Assembly: GCA_045605085.1 (NCBI GenBank)
Contig: JAZUPI010000004.1
Coordinates: 44,114 to 108,113 of the forward strand
Source: Acutalibacteraceae bacterium
Lineage (GTDB): Bacteria; Bacillota; Clostridia; Oscillospirales; Acutalibacteraceae
Length of the DNA stretch: 64,000 nt
Direction: 5' to 3'
Shown: piece by piece, positions 8,960 through 17,769 of the stretch
Position numbering within the stretch: the first letter of the stretch is position 1
Layout of the letters: each line of letters starts with the position of its first letter
The notes under the pieces: generated by a model
Database searches by the model: none
What the model saw: the letters and a program-made list of their open reading frames with translations, nothing else
What the model was told of the DNA's origin: nothing
Made by a program: the position numbers and the translations under genes

Positions 8960-10444
8960 ATGAGATACAAACATATTTTCTGGGACTTTAATGGAACAAT
9001 AATTGACGATGTAGGCAATGCCTTAGGTTGTGTTAACGACTTACTTGACAGAAAAAGCAGACCTCACATCACCCTTGAGGATTATTATAACTATGTAGAA
9101 ACACCAATAATTGGTTTCTACAGACATATTCTTCCACCCGAGGAATTGAACTTTGAGGAAATTTCAAGGGATTACCACAAGGATTATGCAAAAAGAATAG
9201 ACGAAACCCATCTTGCAAAGGGTGCATATGAGCTTATGCACTCTTTAAAAGAGAAGGGCGCCCACCAATACATAATTACAGCCAACATTTCAAGCGAGGC
9301 TCAGGAATTGGTTGAGAAATTCGGAATTAACGATTGCATTGATGTTATTCTTGGTGCAGACAACACCCTTGCAGAAAGCAAAACACAGAGAGCGAAAAAT
9401 TTTTTTGATTCCTTAAACATAGACAGAAATTCCGCCATCTTCATCGGCGATACTCTCCACGACCTTGAAACAGCAAATGCTTTGGGAATAGATTGCATAC
9501 TTGTTTCCTATGGTCACCAGGGGCGCAGACTTTTAGAAAAGCATTGCGCCTACGTAGTTGATTCCATGGCAGAAATTGAAGAAATAATCTACGATAAGCG
9601 TTTTGTGGACTTTCATACACATTCCACCTGTTCCGACGGTACGCTTACACCAACAGAACTTGTAAAGCACGCAAAGAAAAACAATCTTTCTGCCTTTGCC
9701 CTTACAGACCACGATAGCGTTGATGGCATAAAGGAAGCTCTTGACGCCGCAAAGGAATATGACATAGAATTTATTCCCGGCATAGAGTTTTCTGCCGCAG
9801 ATGATACAGAAACACACATAATAGGTCTTTTTATTGACCCTGAAAACGAAACACTTTTAAAAACAATTCAAAAGCTCAAAGATAGCAGAAAGCGCAGAAT
9901 GGAGGATGTTTGCGCAAAGCTTCGAAAACTGGGTTTTGACATCACCCACGAAGAAGCGCTACAGGTTGCAGGTGGTAAATTTGTAGGCAGGGCACATATT
10001 GCAAAGCTTATGGTAGACAAGGGCTATTGTCAGACCGTACGCGAATGCTTTGACAAATACATCGGCTTAGGTAAACCTGCTTATTCTGAGAAAAACGAGC
10101 TTACTGCAGAAGAAGCAGTCCGTTCAATTAAGGCAGCCGGTGGTTTAGCATTTTTAGCCCACCTTAATCAGACAGGCTTTGACCTTGAAAAACTAGAAAA
10201 ACTACTTACTCAACTGAAAGATGCAGGGCTTACGGGTATAGAGGGCTACTACCCCGAGTACACAACTGAGCATATTACCCAATACCGAGATTTAGCCCTG
10301 AAATTAAAGATTGCACTTTCAGGTGGCTCAGATTTCCACGCAGATATGAAGCCACACATTAAAATTGGCGTAGGCGCGGGAAATCTTTCAATTCCCTACT
10401 ACGTACTCGAAAACCTTAAGACAATAAAAAGAAATTCTGATTAA
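8960..10444 (+). CDS. fusion protein: N-terminal HAD-superfamily hydrolase + C-terminal PHP-domain phosphoesterase
   Basis: The N-terminus has HAD motif I as FWDFNGTIIDD, plus later IGDTLHDLETA. From about residue 215 it carries the PHP signature VDFHTHSTCSDG, then LTDHDSVDG and GGSDFH. Confidence 0.75.
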   Translation: MRYKHIFWDFNGTIIDDVGNALGCVNDLLDRKSRPHITLEDYYNYVETPIIGFYRHILPPEELNFEEISRDYHKDYAKRIDETHLAKGAYELMHSLKEKGAHQYIITANISSEAQELVEKFGINDCIDVILGADNTLAESKTQRAKNFFDSLNIDRNSAIFIGDTLHDLETANALGIDCILVSYGHQGRRLLEKHCAYVVDSMAEIEEIIYDKRFVDFHTHSTCSDGTLTPTELVKHAKKNNLSAFALTDHDSVDGIKEALDAAKEYDIEFIPGIEFSAADDTETHIIGLFIDPENETLLKTIQKLKDSRKRRMEDVCAKLRKLGFDITHEEALQVAGGKFVGRAHIAKLMVDKGYCQTVRECFDKYIGLGKPAYSEKNELTAEEAVRSIKAAGGLAFLAHLNQTGFDLEKLEKLLTQLKDAGLTGIEGYYPEYTTEHITQYRDLALKLKIALSGGSDFHADMKPHIKIGVGAGNLSIPYYVLENLKTIKRNSD

Positions 10445-10466
10445 AATTTTAATATATGACAAAAAT

Positions 10467-10508
10467 AAATCCGGACAGAGTATTTCTCCCTGTTCGGATT
10501 TTTATTTT
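10467..10508 (+). terminator. rho-independent terminator
   Basis: Stem AAATCCGGACAG / CTGTTCGGATTT (one G-U pair), followed by TTTATTTT. Confidence 0.7.
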
Positions 10509-10519
10509 GGAGATATTTT

Positions 10520-11362
10520 ATGAACAGTAACATCCGTCTTGAAGCCAAAAGATTGCTTTCCCACAACACGTTGAGGCTATTTTTTATTTCCTTTTTTAGT
10601 TTTGTGTTTCGATACTTATCCATTTTATGTTGTGGGTATGGAGTATTTTTAATATATAACAGCTCATTGCTATCCTTTATATCAAAGGAATACGGCTATA
10701 CGTTAGCATATTTTCTTGCCTCTCTCATATCGGTCACCTTAAGCTTTCTGACATTGTCCTTTGTCTCGTCAGTGAAAATGGGTGAAGCCTTTGCATATTT
10801 CACCCTTGCAAATGGTGGAAACGGAAGATTTTTTCATCTTTATAAATTTCTTACTCCACAAAAGAGCATAAAAGCCCTCTTGTTTTATATAACAGTCACA
10901 ACAAAGAAGCTTTTATGGTGGATTTTCTTTCTCTTCCCTGCCCTGATTTGTGTCGTATGTGGCTACTATTTGTACCAAGGCAGAATCTACGTTAACGAAA
11001 TCAATTTAATAATTTCCACAGGCTTTTCAATTATACTTGCAATAGCTTTAGTAATGGTAAGAATATGTTCACTCAGATATTCTGCAGCACCCTATTACCT
11101 TTGTCTTAACCCGAATTTGAAAATAACTGATTCAATAAAAAAGAGCATCAAATTCACCGACGGTTTTTTAAGTGAGGGTGTTTTATTGGAATATTCTTTG
11201 TTAGGTTGGCTTCTGAGCTGTATTTTTGTCTTGCCCTTATTCTACGTCGTCCCATACGCAAAGCTCGTAAGAAGCGTTTACGTAACAGACGTTGTTTTCT
11301 CAAAAGCATCATCAAAAACAAAATACCCTATAATTATGTCAGCATATAAATCAACGCCATAA
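10520..11362 (+). CDS. polytopic membrane protein (DUF975-like)
   Basis: 280-aa ORF with multiple hydrophobic helices. Its overall layout resembles DUF975 proteins. The family call is tentative. Confidence 0.45.
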   Translation: MNSNIRLEAKRLLSHNTLRLFFISFFSFVFRYLSILCCGYGVFLIYNSSLLSFISKEYGYTLAYFLASLISVTLSFLTLSFVSSVKMGEAFAYFTLANGGNGRFFHLYKFLTPQKSIKALLFYITVTTKKLLWWIFFLFPALICVVCGYYLYQGRIYVNEINLIISTGFSIILAIALVMVRICSLRYSAAPYYLCLNPNLKITDSIKKSIKFTDGFLSEGVLLEYSLLGWLLSCIFVLPLFYVVPYAKLVRSVYVTDVVFSKASSKTKYPIIMSAYKSTP

Positions 11363-11702
11363 TCAAAAGCTCATCCGCATTTTCTTCCGAAAGAAGCATA
11401 ATCAAAGATAACAACAGCGCTTTATCACTATCCATATTAATATCCGTCATAGCACTATTGAAATCCTTAATTGGCTTTTGGGTTGTTTGCTTGTCTTCTT
11501 TTTCAACCTCACTCTGCCGTTGACCAAGGTACCCCTTAGGCATAGGAATGTGCTTGGGCTCCTGTGGTGCAGACGGAGGCTCAGGCTTTTCGTTTTCTTG
11601 ATCTAGTCCTGCAGATTGACGCGCCCTTTTTTGCATTTCCTCTGCGCGACGTATGGCATCATTCTGCATTTTCATAATTTCATTGTACGTGTAATCTGCC
11701 AC
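11334..11702 (-). CDS. hypothetical acidic protein (third of three coupled small genes)
   Basis: MADYTYNEIMKMQNDAIRRAEEMQ..., then a Pro/Glu-rich linker and the C-terminal motif ALLLSLIMLLSEENADELLIMALIYML. Its start touches the stop of the upstream gene. Confidence 0.55.
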   Translation of the reverse strand: MADYTYNEIMKMQNDAIRRAEEMQKRARQSAGLDQENEKPEPPSAPQEPKHIPMPKGYLGQRQSEVEKEDKQTTQKPIKDFNSAMTDINMDSDKALLLSLIMLLSEENADELLIMALIYMLT

Positions 11703-12076
11703 TACATTATCCCCCTTTCCCTTAAAAGAGGAAGCACACTGACAAGTCTTACCAGCTTCATTGCCTCGTCTGCCTTTTGTCTTTTTTCTTCGGAAAGCAA
11801 CGGCTTAAGCGCATTTATAAAGGCAAGTCTTTCATCAGGCATATTGAATGCCTGTAAAATTGGTGCAAGGGCAGAAAGCTGAGATAAATCAGGCATACCC
11901 AAACCCGACAAATCGGGTATATTGGGTATGCTTTTTTGTTTTGGTAGTGGCTCGTTTTTGGGTTGACCGGTATCCTGTGTGGAATTTCCCAAAAAGCTTG
12001 AAGCAACGTTTTTTATATTTTCCATATCCTCAGGCGTAAGGGAGTTGAGTATTGCGTTCAAATCAAAATCAGCCAT
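11702..12076 (-). CDS. hypothetical protein (second of three coupled small genes)
   Basis: Start moved to ATG 12076 (MADFDLNAILNSL...), preceded by GGAGGAAAGGGCA. The C-terminus LVSVLPLLRERG is similar in style to the next protein. Confidence 0.55.
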   Translation of the reverse strand: MADFDLNAILNSLTPEDMENIKNVASSFLGNSTQDTGQPKNEPLPKQKSIPNIPDLSGLGMPDLSQLSALAPILQAFNMPDERLAFINALKPLLSEEKRQKADEAMKLVRLVSVLPLLRERGIM

Positions 12077-12311
12077 TGCCCTTTCCTCCGAAAAACTTTT
12101 GGAAAAGTGCTTTTGCTGCATCACTGTTTAAAATTGCTTTTGTCTTTTCCTCGTCTGCTAAAAGCTCTTTTATTGATCTCGCCTGACTTTCGGACAAGTT
12201 TTCATCAATAAATTTATTTACTTCCCCTTGAGATGCAGGTGCACCATCACTTGTTTTTATTTTTTTATAAAGCTCATTAACGTCGATTTTATCTTTTTTA
12301 CCCTCACTCAT
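12069..12311 (-). CDS. hypothetical small protein (first of three coupled small genes)
   Basis: Start at ATG 12311 (MSEGKKDKIDVNELYKK...) after AGGTGA. Overlaps the next gene by 8 nt. Confidence 0.5.
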   Translation of the reverse strand: MSEGKKDKIDVNELYKKIKTSDGAPASQGEVNKFIDENLSESQARSIKELLADEEKTKAILNSDAAKALFQKFFGGKGNG

Positions 12312-12375
12312 TGAAATCACCTACTCAAAAATATATAATGTAATAAATTATATTTTCAGATTGGGTTGATTATTC

Positions 12376-12846
12376 TTGAGGATATTAGTCTTTTCCGATT
12401 CTCACGGCAACAAGTGGAATATTTACGACGCTTTAGAAAAAGAGCCTTCTGCAGAGGTTGTATATTTTTTAGGCGATGGGTACAGAGATTTTGAAGATGC
12501 AGAATTTGCCTTTGGCTACCAAAAAGCATTTATTTCCGTATGTGGAAACTGCGACTTCGCCTGTAACGCACCGGTAAGAGATATACGTTCAATAAGCGAC
12601 ACCAAAATTTACGCCACCCACGGTTTTGCAGAAAAGGTGAAATTCGGTCTTTACGAGTTAGAAGCACAGGCACGTAGAGAAAACTGCAAAATTGTACTTT
12701 TCGGTCACACCCACGAGCCTCTTTCTTCTTACAAAGATGGTTTATATATCTTCAATCCCGGCAGTATAAAGGACGGGTTTTACGGTGTTATAGATATTAC
12801 CGAAAATGGCATTATATGTTTTAATAAAAACCTGCTTTCTTATTGA
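12376..12846 (+). CDS. YfcE/MJ0936-family metallophosphoesterase
   Basis: ILVFSDSHGN, GDG, GNCD and GHTH motifs occur in the canonical order of calcineurin-like phosphodiesterases. TTG start. Confidence 0.8.
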   Translation: MRILVFSDSHGNKWNIYDALEKEPSAEVVYFLGDGYRDFEDAEFAFGYQKAFISVCGNCDFACNAPVRDIRSISDTKIYATHGFAEKVKFGLYELEAQARRENCKIVLFGHTHEPLSSYKDGLYIFNPGSIKDGFYGVIDITENGIICFNKNLLSY

Positions 12847-12901
12847 CACGTAAGGTTTTTTTCCTTATAATTTTAGTATTATAAAAAAAGGTAGTGATAC
12901 T

Positions 12902-13741
12902 ATGGATTTTAAAACTTCCACTGCGCTATACCTTATAGCCGGTGCAGTTATCCTCTTTGTTTTATGTCAATCTCTTTTCTTCCTTGTTAAAGCATTCAAG
13001 CACGGTAAAGAGTTAGGCTTAGACAAATCAAAGCTTCGTAACGCAATAACTTCAAGTGCACTTTTCACCATTCCATCATCACTTTCGATTCTGGCAACAA
13101 TTATCGCACTTGCTCCTGCTCTTGGTCTTGTTATTCCTTGGGTACGTCTTTCCGTTATTGGTAACCTTATGTATGAAACAACTGCAGCAGAAGCAGCTAT
13201 GGAAGCATTCGGTCACCAGGGTGGTATGGCTGTGCCTGTTACAGACCCTGAAACATATGCCGGCATTGCCTGGGTTATGACCTTAGGTATTTGCTTCTCA
13301 CTTGTAATTCTTCCTTTTGTTGCAAAGCCTCTTCACAAAAAGCTTATTTCTGCAAGCACAAAATCCGAAGAACCTAAAGAAGAAGTAGTTGAAGATGCAC
13401 CTGCAGATGGCAAAAAGAAAAAAAGAGGTCTTGGTGGTTTCATTAATGACTTCGCGACTCCTGCTATCTTCATCGGTCTTATCGGTGCATTTATTGCACG
13501 TGCAATAATCGGTGGTGGTAAGCCTGAAACCTTTGGTGATGGTGCCGGTGTACTTTCAATAATCACACTTGTTGTTGCTATTGTGAGCTCAATTATTCTT
13601 GAAATTATCGCAAAGAAGCATAAGCTTACATGGTTAGAGCCGTTTGTTATGCCTATTGGTATGATAATTGCTATGATTGCTGCAATTGTATTCTTCAATG
13701 TTCTTCCTGAAGAAATTGCAATGCTTGAATGGAGGGGTTAA
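12902..13741 (+). CDS. integral membrane protein, unknown function (pair member 1)
   Basis: 279-aa polytopic ORF with a central charged linker (KSEEPKEEVVEDAPADGKKKKRG). No family recognised with confidence. Confidence 0.5.
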   Translation: MDFKTSTALYLIAGAVILFVLCQSLFFLVKAFKHGKELGLDKSKLRNAITSSALFTIPSSLSILATIIALAPALGLVIPWVRLSVIGNLMYETTAAEAAMEAFGHQGGMAVPVTDPETYAGIAWVMTLGICFSLVILPFVAKPLHKKLISASTKSEEPKEEVVEDAPADGKKKKRGLGGFINDFATPAIFIGLIGAFIARAIIGGGKPETFGDGAGVLSIITLVVAIVSSIILEIIAKKHKLTWLEPFVMPIGMIIAMIAAIVFFNVLPEEIAMLEWRG

Positions 13742-13743
13742 TT

Positions 13744-14427
13744 ATGTCAAAGAAAACTAAAGCTCCTAAAACATACTACGACAGAGTTCACAGCTGGGGC
13801 AGAATTTCAACAGTATCAGCCCTTTGCGTTCTCTTAATGTTCCCTGTTGCAATCTGCCTTTACCTTAACGTTTTCCCACCAATAAGTGGTATTCTTCAAG
13901 GTCTTCTTAAGCTTATTCCTACATACTGGACAGTCGCTGTTGTTGAAGTTCTTGTATATACCCCTATGCTTGGCGCAGGTGGTACTTACCTTTCATTCGT
14001 TACAGGTAACATTGCAAACCTTAAGCTTCCTTGTGCTATCAGTGCAATGGAAGGTGCAAACGTAAAAGCCAACTCCGAGGAAGGTGAAGTCGTTTCAACA
14101 ATTGCCATTGCAACATCATCTATTGTAACAACCATTATTCTTGCTGTAGGTATTCTTGCTTTTGCTCCTTTCCTTGAAGACTTTACAAACAGCCCACTTC
14201 TTAAGCCTGCATTTGCACAGGTGCTTCCTGCACTTTTCGGTGCATTGGGTGCCGGTTACTTCATTAAGCATTGGAGAATTTCTTTCTTCCCAATTATTAT
14301 GATGATAATCGTGCTTATCTTCTCACCCGGTATGGGTGCAAGCACACTCCTCTTTGTAGGTATTGTTGCTTCCGTTGCTGGCGCATTATTTATGTACAAC
14401 AAGGGTATGCTTGATAAAGTAAAATAA
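13744..14427 (+). CDS. integral membrane protein, unknown function (pair member 2)
   Basis: Start moved to ATG 13744 after GGAGGGG, 2 nt after the previous stop. Polytopic. Confidence 0.5.
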   Translation: MSKKTKAPKTYYDRVHSWGRISTVSALCVLLMFPVAICLYLNVFPPISGILQGLLKLIPTYWTVAVVEVLVYTPMLGAGGTYLSFVTGNIANLKLPCAISAMEGANVKANSEEGEVVSTIAIATSSIVTTIILAVGILAFAPFLEDFTNSPLLKPAFAQVLPALFGALGAGYFIKHWRISFFPIIMMIIVLIFSPGMGASTLLFVGIVASVAGALFMYNKGMLDKVK

Positions 14428-14437
14428 AGCAAACAAA

Positions 14438-14468
14438 AAGACCATCCGTCAGGATGGTCTTAATTTTT
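14438..14468. terminator. bidirectional rho-independent terminator
   Basis: Stem AAGACCATCC-GTCA-GGATGGTCTT, flanked by A-rich sequence on one side and T-rich on the other. Lies between convergent genes. Confidence 0.8.
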
Positions 14469-14472
14469 CCAA

Positions 14473-15009
14473 TTATTTATTAAAATATTTATCTGCCTTA
14501 AGAATCATTACCTGTGTTTTGGAGTCACGGATCTCTCCGTTCATTACCATTTCTACTGCTTTATCAAGTGGAATTTTCAAAGCATTTACAAACTCATCCT
14601 CATCAAGGTGCTGTTCCCCTTGTGTAAGGTCTGTGGCGATATACATATATATTATTTCATCCATAAGTGCAGGTGTTGTATACAAAGCACCCATAGGGAT
14701 AATTTTCTTCGCTTCAATGCCGGTTTCCTCTGAAAGCTCACGAAGGGCAGCTTCCGTAGGATCTTCACCCTTTTCAAGCTTACCTGCAGGCACTTCAAGG
14801 GTAACCTTGTTAAGCGCATACCTGAACTGGTTCACAAATATAACCTCACCATTTTCAGTTAAAGGCAAAACGCATACAGCACCAGGATGACGAACAACCT
14901 CACGTACACCTTTATTGCCGTTAGGCAGAAGAATTTCATCCCTGAACAAGTGAATTGCTACTCCGTTAAATATTTCTTCTGACGCAAGTCTTGTTTCTTC
15001 AAGTTCCAT
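14473..15009 (-). CDS. NUDIX hydrolase (ADP-ribose pyrophosphatase-like)
   Basis: Nudix box GKLEKGEDPTEAALRELSEETG. Start at ATG 15009 after GAGGT. Confidence 0.8.
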   Translation of the reverse strand: MELEETRLASEEIFNGVAIHLFRDEILLPNGNKGVREVVRHPGAVCVLPLTENGEVIFVNQFRYALNKVTLEVPAGKLEKGEDPTEAALRELSEETGIEAKKIIPMGALYTTPALMDEIIYMYIATDLTQGEQHLDEDEFVNALKIPLDKAVEMVMNGEIRDSKTQVMILKADKYFNK

Positions 15010-15129
15010 AATAATACCTCGCATTAATTTAATACGATTCTATATTACACCAAAAATCTTTTTTTATCAACCCAATTGAAAGTTTGTGAGTTTATGTATA
15101 TAATTGATTCGAAAACGAGGTGTTAAAAT

Positions 15130-15729
15130 ATGTTTATTTATATTGTAAGGCACGGTGAAACATACGGAAATTTAAATGGTGACGGCTTTGCAGAAACAGA
15201 CCTTACCCCAAATGGCAGAAAGCAAATAGCCTTTTTAGGTAAACGCTTCAAGGACATACCAATAGATAAAATATACGTGAGTCCACTAATACGAGCAGTA
15301 AAAACCGCGAATGCAATAAGAAGCTTTCATTTGGAAACGCCTATTGAAATAAACACACTTCTTTTAGAAAAAGGTACGGCACCTGACTACACAGGTCTTT
15401 CCGACACAGAGCTTCACGCCCTTTGTCCTGATGCAGAAATTTCACCACGTGGTTCTTTAGGCGAAGAGGATGACACCGTTGCCTATAAGCGTGCTCAAAG
15501 AGTTATTGAAAAAATAAAAGCTGAAAACGATTTTGATGATACAATTGTTGTAGTTGCACACGGCACATTCAACTCATACCTTGTTCTTGCTGCTTTAGAT
15601 TTTCCATTCAAGGAAAACTTCAACTTTTCCCACCTTAACACAGGTGTAACACTTGTGCAATATCTTGAAGAAGACGGCATTATGAAAACTAAGTTGAAGT
15701 ATCTGAATGATACAAGTCACCTTGTGTGA
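15130..15729 (+). CDS. histidine phosphatase family protein (phosphoglycerate-mutase-like)
   Basis: N-terminal IVRHGETYGN catalytic RHG motif, and a later VVAHG. Confidence 0.75.
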   Translation: MFIYIVRHGETYGNLNGDGFAETDLTPNGRKQIAFLGKRFKDIPIDKIYVSPLIRAVKTANAIRSFHLETPIEINTLLLEKGTAPDYTGLSDTELHALCPDAEISPRGSLGEEDDTVAYKRAQRVIEKIKAENDFDDTIVVVAHGTFNSYLVLAALDFPFKENFNFSHLNTGVTLVQYLEEDGIMKTKLKYLNDTSHLV

Positions 15730-15785
15730 TAATCTGTTGGGAGTTTTATTGTAAGCGCATTTTGAATTTTACATTTTTTACGCTA

Positions 15786-15814
15786 TTGACTAAACACGAA
15801 TAATAATGTAAAAT
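15786..15814 (+). promoter_or_regulatory. sigma-A-type promoter of rnpB
   Basis: TTGACT (15786-15791), a 17-nt spacer, then TAAAAT (15809-15814). This is about 7 nt upstream of the RNase P RNA 5' stem. Confidence 0.6.
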
Positions 15815-15820
15815 ACCCTT

Positions 15821-16160
15821 TGGTAAAATGGGCAGTTGCGGATACGGTTTACCGTAGACGAGGAAAGTCCGGGCATCACACGGCAGGGTAACTGCTAACG
15901 GCAGCCGAGGGTAACCTTAGGGAAAGTGCAACAGAGATATACCGCCGATTTTTTCGGTAAGGGTGGAAAGGCGAGGTAAGAGCTCACCGGCGTGGTGGAG
16001 ACATCACGGCCATGTAAACCCTACCCGATGCAACACCGACCGGGGAGTTTGCCGGACAGCGATTTTTCGCATCCCCAAAGGGTGGCTAGAGTGTTATGGC
16101 AACGTAACACGTAGATAGATGATTGCCTTAAACGACAGAACCCGGCTTACATTTTTACCT
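15821..16160 (+). ncRNA. rnpB: RNase P RNA (bacterial type A-like)
   Basis: Universal P4 strands GAGGAAAGTCCGGGC (5') and ACAGAACCCGGCTTAC (3'). GGTAAGGGTGGAAAGGCGAGGTAAGAGCTCACC is typical of type A. P1 is formed by GGTAAAATG at the 5' end and CATTTTTACC at the 3' end. Confidence 0.9.
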
Positions 16161-16161
16161 G

Positions 16162-16196
16162 AAAGAGGAGAGCTTCTCTCCTCTTTTATTTTTTGT
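16162..16196 (+). terminator. rho-independent terminator of rnpB
   Basis: Stem AAAGAGGAGAG-CTT-CTCTCCTCTTT, followed by TATTTTTT. Confidence 0.85.
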
Positions 16197-16259
16197 GAAT
16201 TGACATATTTTGTATTTTTTTGTATAATTCTGTCATTATTTTGTGGAGTGAATAAATAT

Positions 16260-17663
16260 ATGTTCGAGGAAATCATCAACAGCATAAGCAATGCCTTATA
16301 TAGCTATATTTTAATAATTATGCTTGTTTTGGGTGGCTTGATTTTCTGCTTTAAAACAAGGTTTGTACAATTCAGACTTTTCAAAGAACAAATAAAAGCT
16401 GTTACAGAAAAGCCTGCAGATGGCAAAGGCGTTTCATCCTTTCAGGCGCTTATGGTTTCAACTGCATCGCGAGTTGGTACAGGTAACATAATAGGTGTTT
16501 CTACCGCCCTTTGTCTTGGTGGCTTCGGCTCTGTTTTCTGGATGTGGGTTATCGCCATTATCGGCAGTGCCTCTGCTTTTGTGGAAAGCACCCTCGCACA
16601 GATTTATAAAAAGAAAACCGCTGACGGCTCCTTTTCAGGTGGTCCTGCATACTACATAAGCACAGCCCTCAAAAGCAAGCCTCTTGCCGTTATTTTTACA
16701 CTTCTTCTTATTTTCACCTACGGCGTTGGCTTCAATATGCTTGCAAGCTATAATCTTCAGTCAACCTTTTCAACCTACAGCTTCTACAACCCTGAAACAA
16801 CACCTTGGGTAATAGGTATTATTCTCGCTGTTGTTTGTGGCTATTGCCTTATTGGTGGTGGCAAGCGTATTATAAACGTTACAACGTTTTTAGTTCCTCT
16901 TATGGGCTGCGCGTATATTCTTGTTGCCTTTATAATTGTTGCAATAAATTTCAAAATGCTACCTGATATTTTCAAAATCATATTCACAGAGGCATTTGAT
17001 TTTGGGGCAATATTCGGTGGTTTTTCGGGTTCCTGTGTAATGTTTGGTATTAAGCGTGGTCTTTTCAGCAACGAAGCCGGTGTAGGCTCTGCACCGAATG
17101 CATCTGCCTCAGCAGACGTTAACCACCCTGTTAAACAAGGCCTTGTACAGGTTCTTTCCGTATTTATTGACACTCTGCTTGTTTGCTCTGCATCTGCATT
17201 TATGTGTATGTGTTCAGGCGTTGAGCCTTCTGCAGAGCTTTCGGGTGCCCCATACGTACAGGCTGCTCTTAATGAAAGCTTAGGTAATTTCGGACCAATA
17301 TTTATTACCGTTGCAATGATTCTTTTCGCCTTCACTACCCTTTTAGGCAACATCTATTACGTAGATATGGCAATTATTTACCTTTGTAAAAAAACACCTA
17401 AAAAGTGGGTTATGAACGTTTACCACGTTATTGCTGCAGTATTAATTTTTATTGGCGCAGGTCTGAGTGCAGATTTGCTTTGGAACATTGCCGACATAGC
17501 AATGGGTGGTATGACAATCATAAACATTCCTGTTATATTTATTTTAAGTAAATACGCAATTGCAGCATTAAACGATTACAACAAACAAAGAAAACAAGGC
17601 GTTGACCCTGTTTTTAAAGCCAAAAACATAAATCTTCCACACGATGTAGATTGTTGGAAGTAA
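16260..17663 (+). CDS. sodium:alanine (alanine/glycine:cation) symporter, AGCS family
   Basis: Typical AGCS segments (GVSSFQALMVSTASRVGTGNIIGV, GLFSNEAGVGSAPNA). Start moved to ATG 16260, because the track's N-terminal extension overlaps rnpB and its terminator. Confidence 0.85.
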   Translation: MFEEIINSISNALYSYILIIMLVLGGLIFCFKTRFVQFRLFKEQIKAVTEKPADGKGVSSFQALMVSTASRVGTGNIIGVSTALCLGGFGSVFWMWVIAIIGSASAFVESTLAQIYKKKTADGSFSGGPAYYISTALKSKPLAVIFTLLLIFTYGVGFNMLASYNLQSTFSTYSFYNPETTPWVIGIILAVVCGYCLIGGGKRIINVTTFLVPLMGCAYILVAFIIVAINFKMLPDIFKIIFTEAFDFGAIFGGFSGSCVMFGIKRGLFSNEAGVGSAPNASASADVNHPVKQGLVQVLSVFIDTLLVCSASAFMCMCSGVEPSAELSGAPYVQAALNESLGNFGPIFITVAMILFAFTTLLGNIYYVDMAIIYLCKKTPKKWVMNVYHVIAAVLIFIGAGLSADLLWNIADIAMGGMTIINIPVIFILSKYAIAALNDYNKQRKQGVDPVFKAKNINLPHDVDCWK

Positions 17664-17725
17664 ACAAGATGCTACGCAGCTTGCAGTTAAGCTTTCCTAA
17701 CGGTAAGCGAAATTCACTTAATTTA

Positions 17726-17760
17726 AAAACCGTCTTGAGTTCATTTCTCAAGACGGTTTT
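17726..17760. terminator. bidirectional rho-independent terminator
   Basis: Stem AAAACCGTCTTGAG / CTCAAGACGGTTTT, between convergent genes. Confidence 0.8.
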
Positions 17761-17769
17761 GTTATGCAA

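Noticed and set aside
15744-15760. cre (CcpA) site-like TGTAAGCGCATTTT upstream of rnpB
   Set aside because: It has three mismatches to the TGWAANCGNTNWCA consensus, and catabolite control of RNase P RNA is implausible. The sequence is better explained as part of the AT-heptad repeat variant.
16119-16259. N-terminal extension of the alanine symporter ORF
   Set aside because: The extension overlaps the 3' end of RNase P RNA and its terminator. An internal ATG at 16260 with an upstream GGAG gives a normal AGCS N-terminus.
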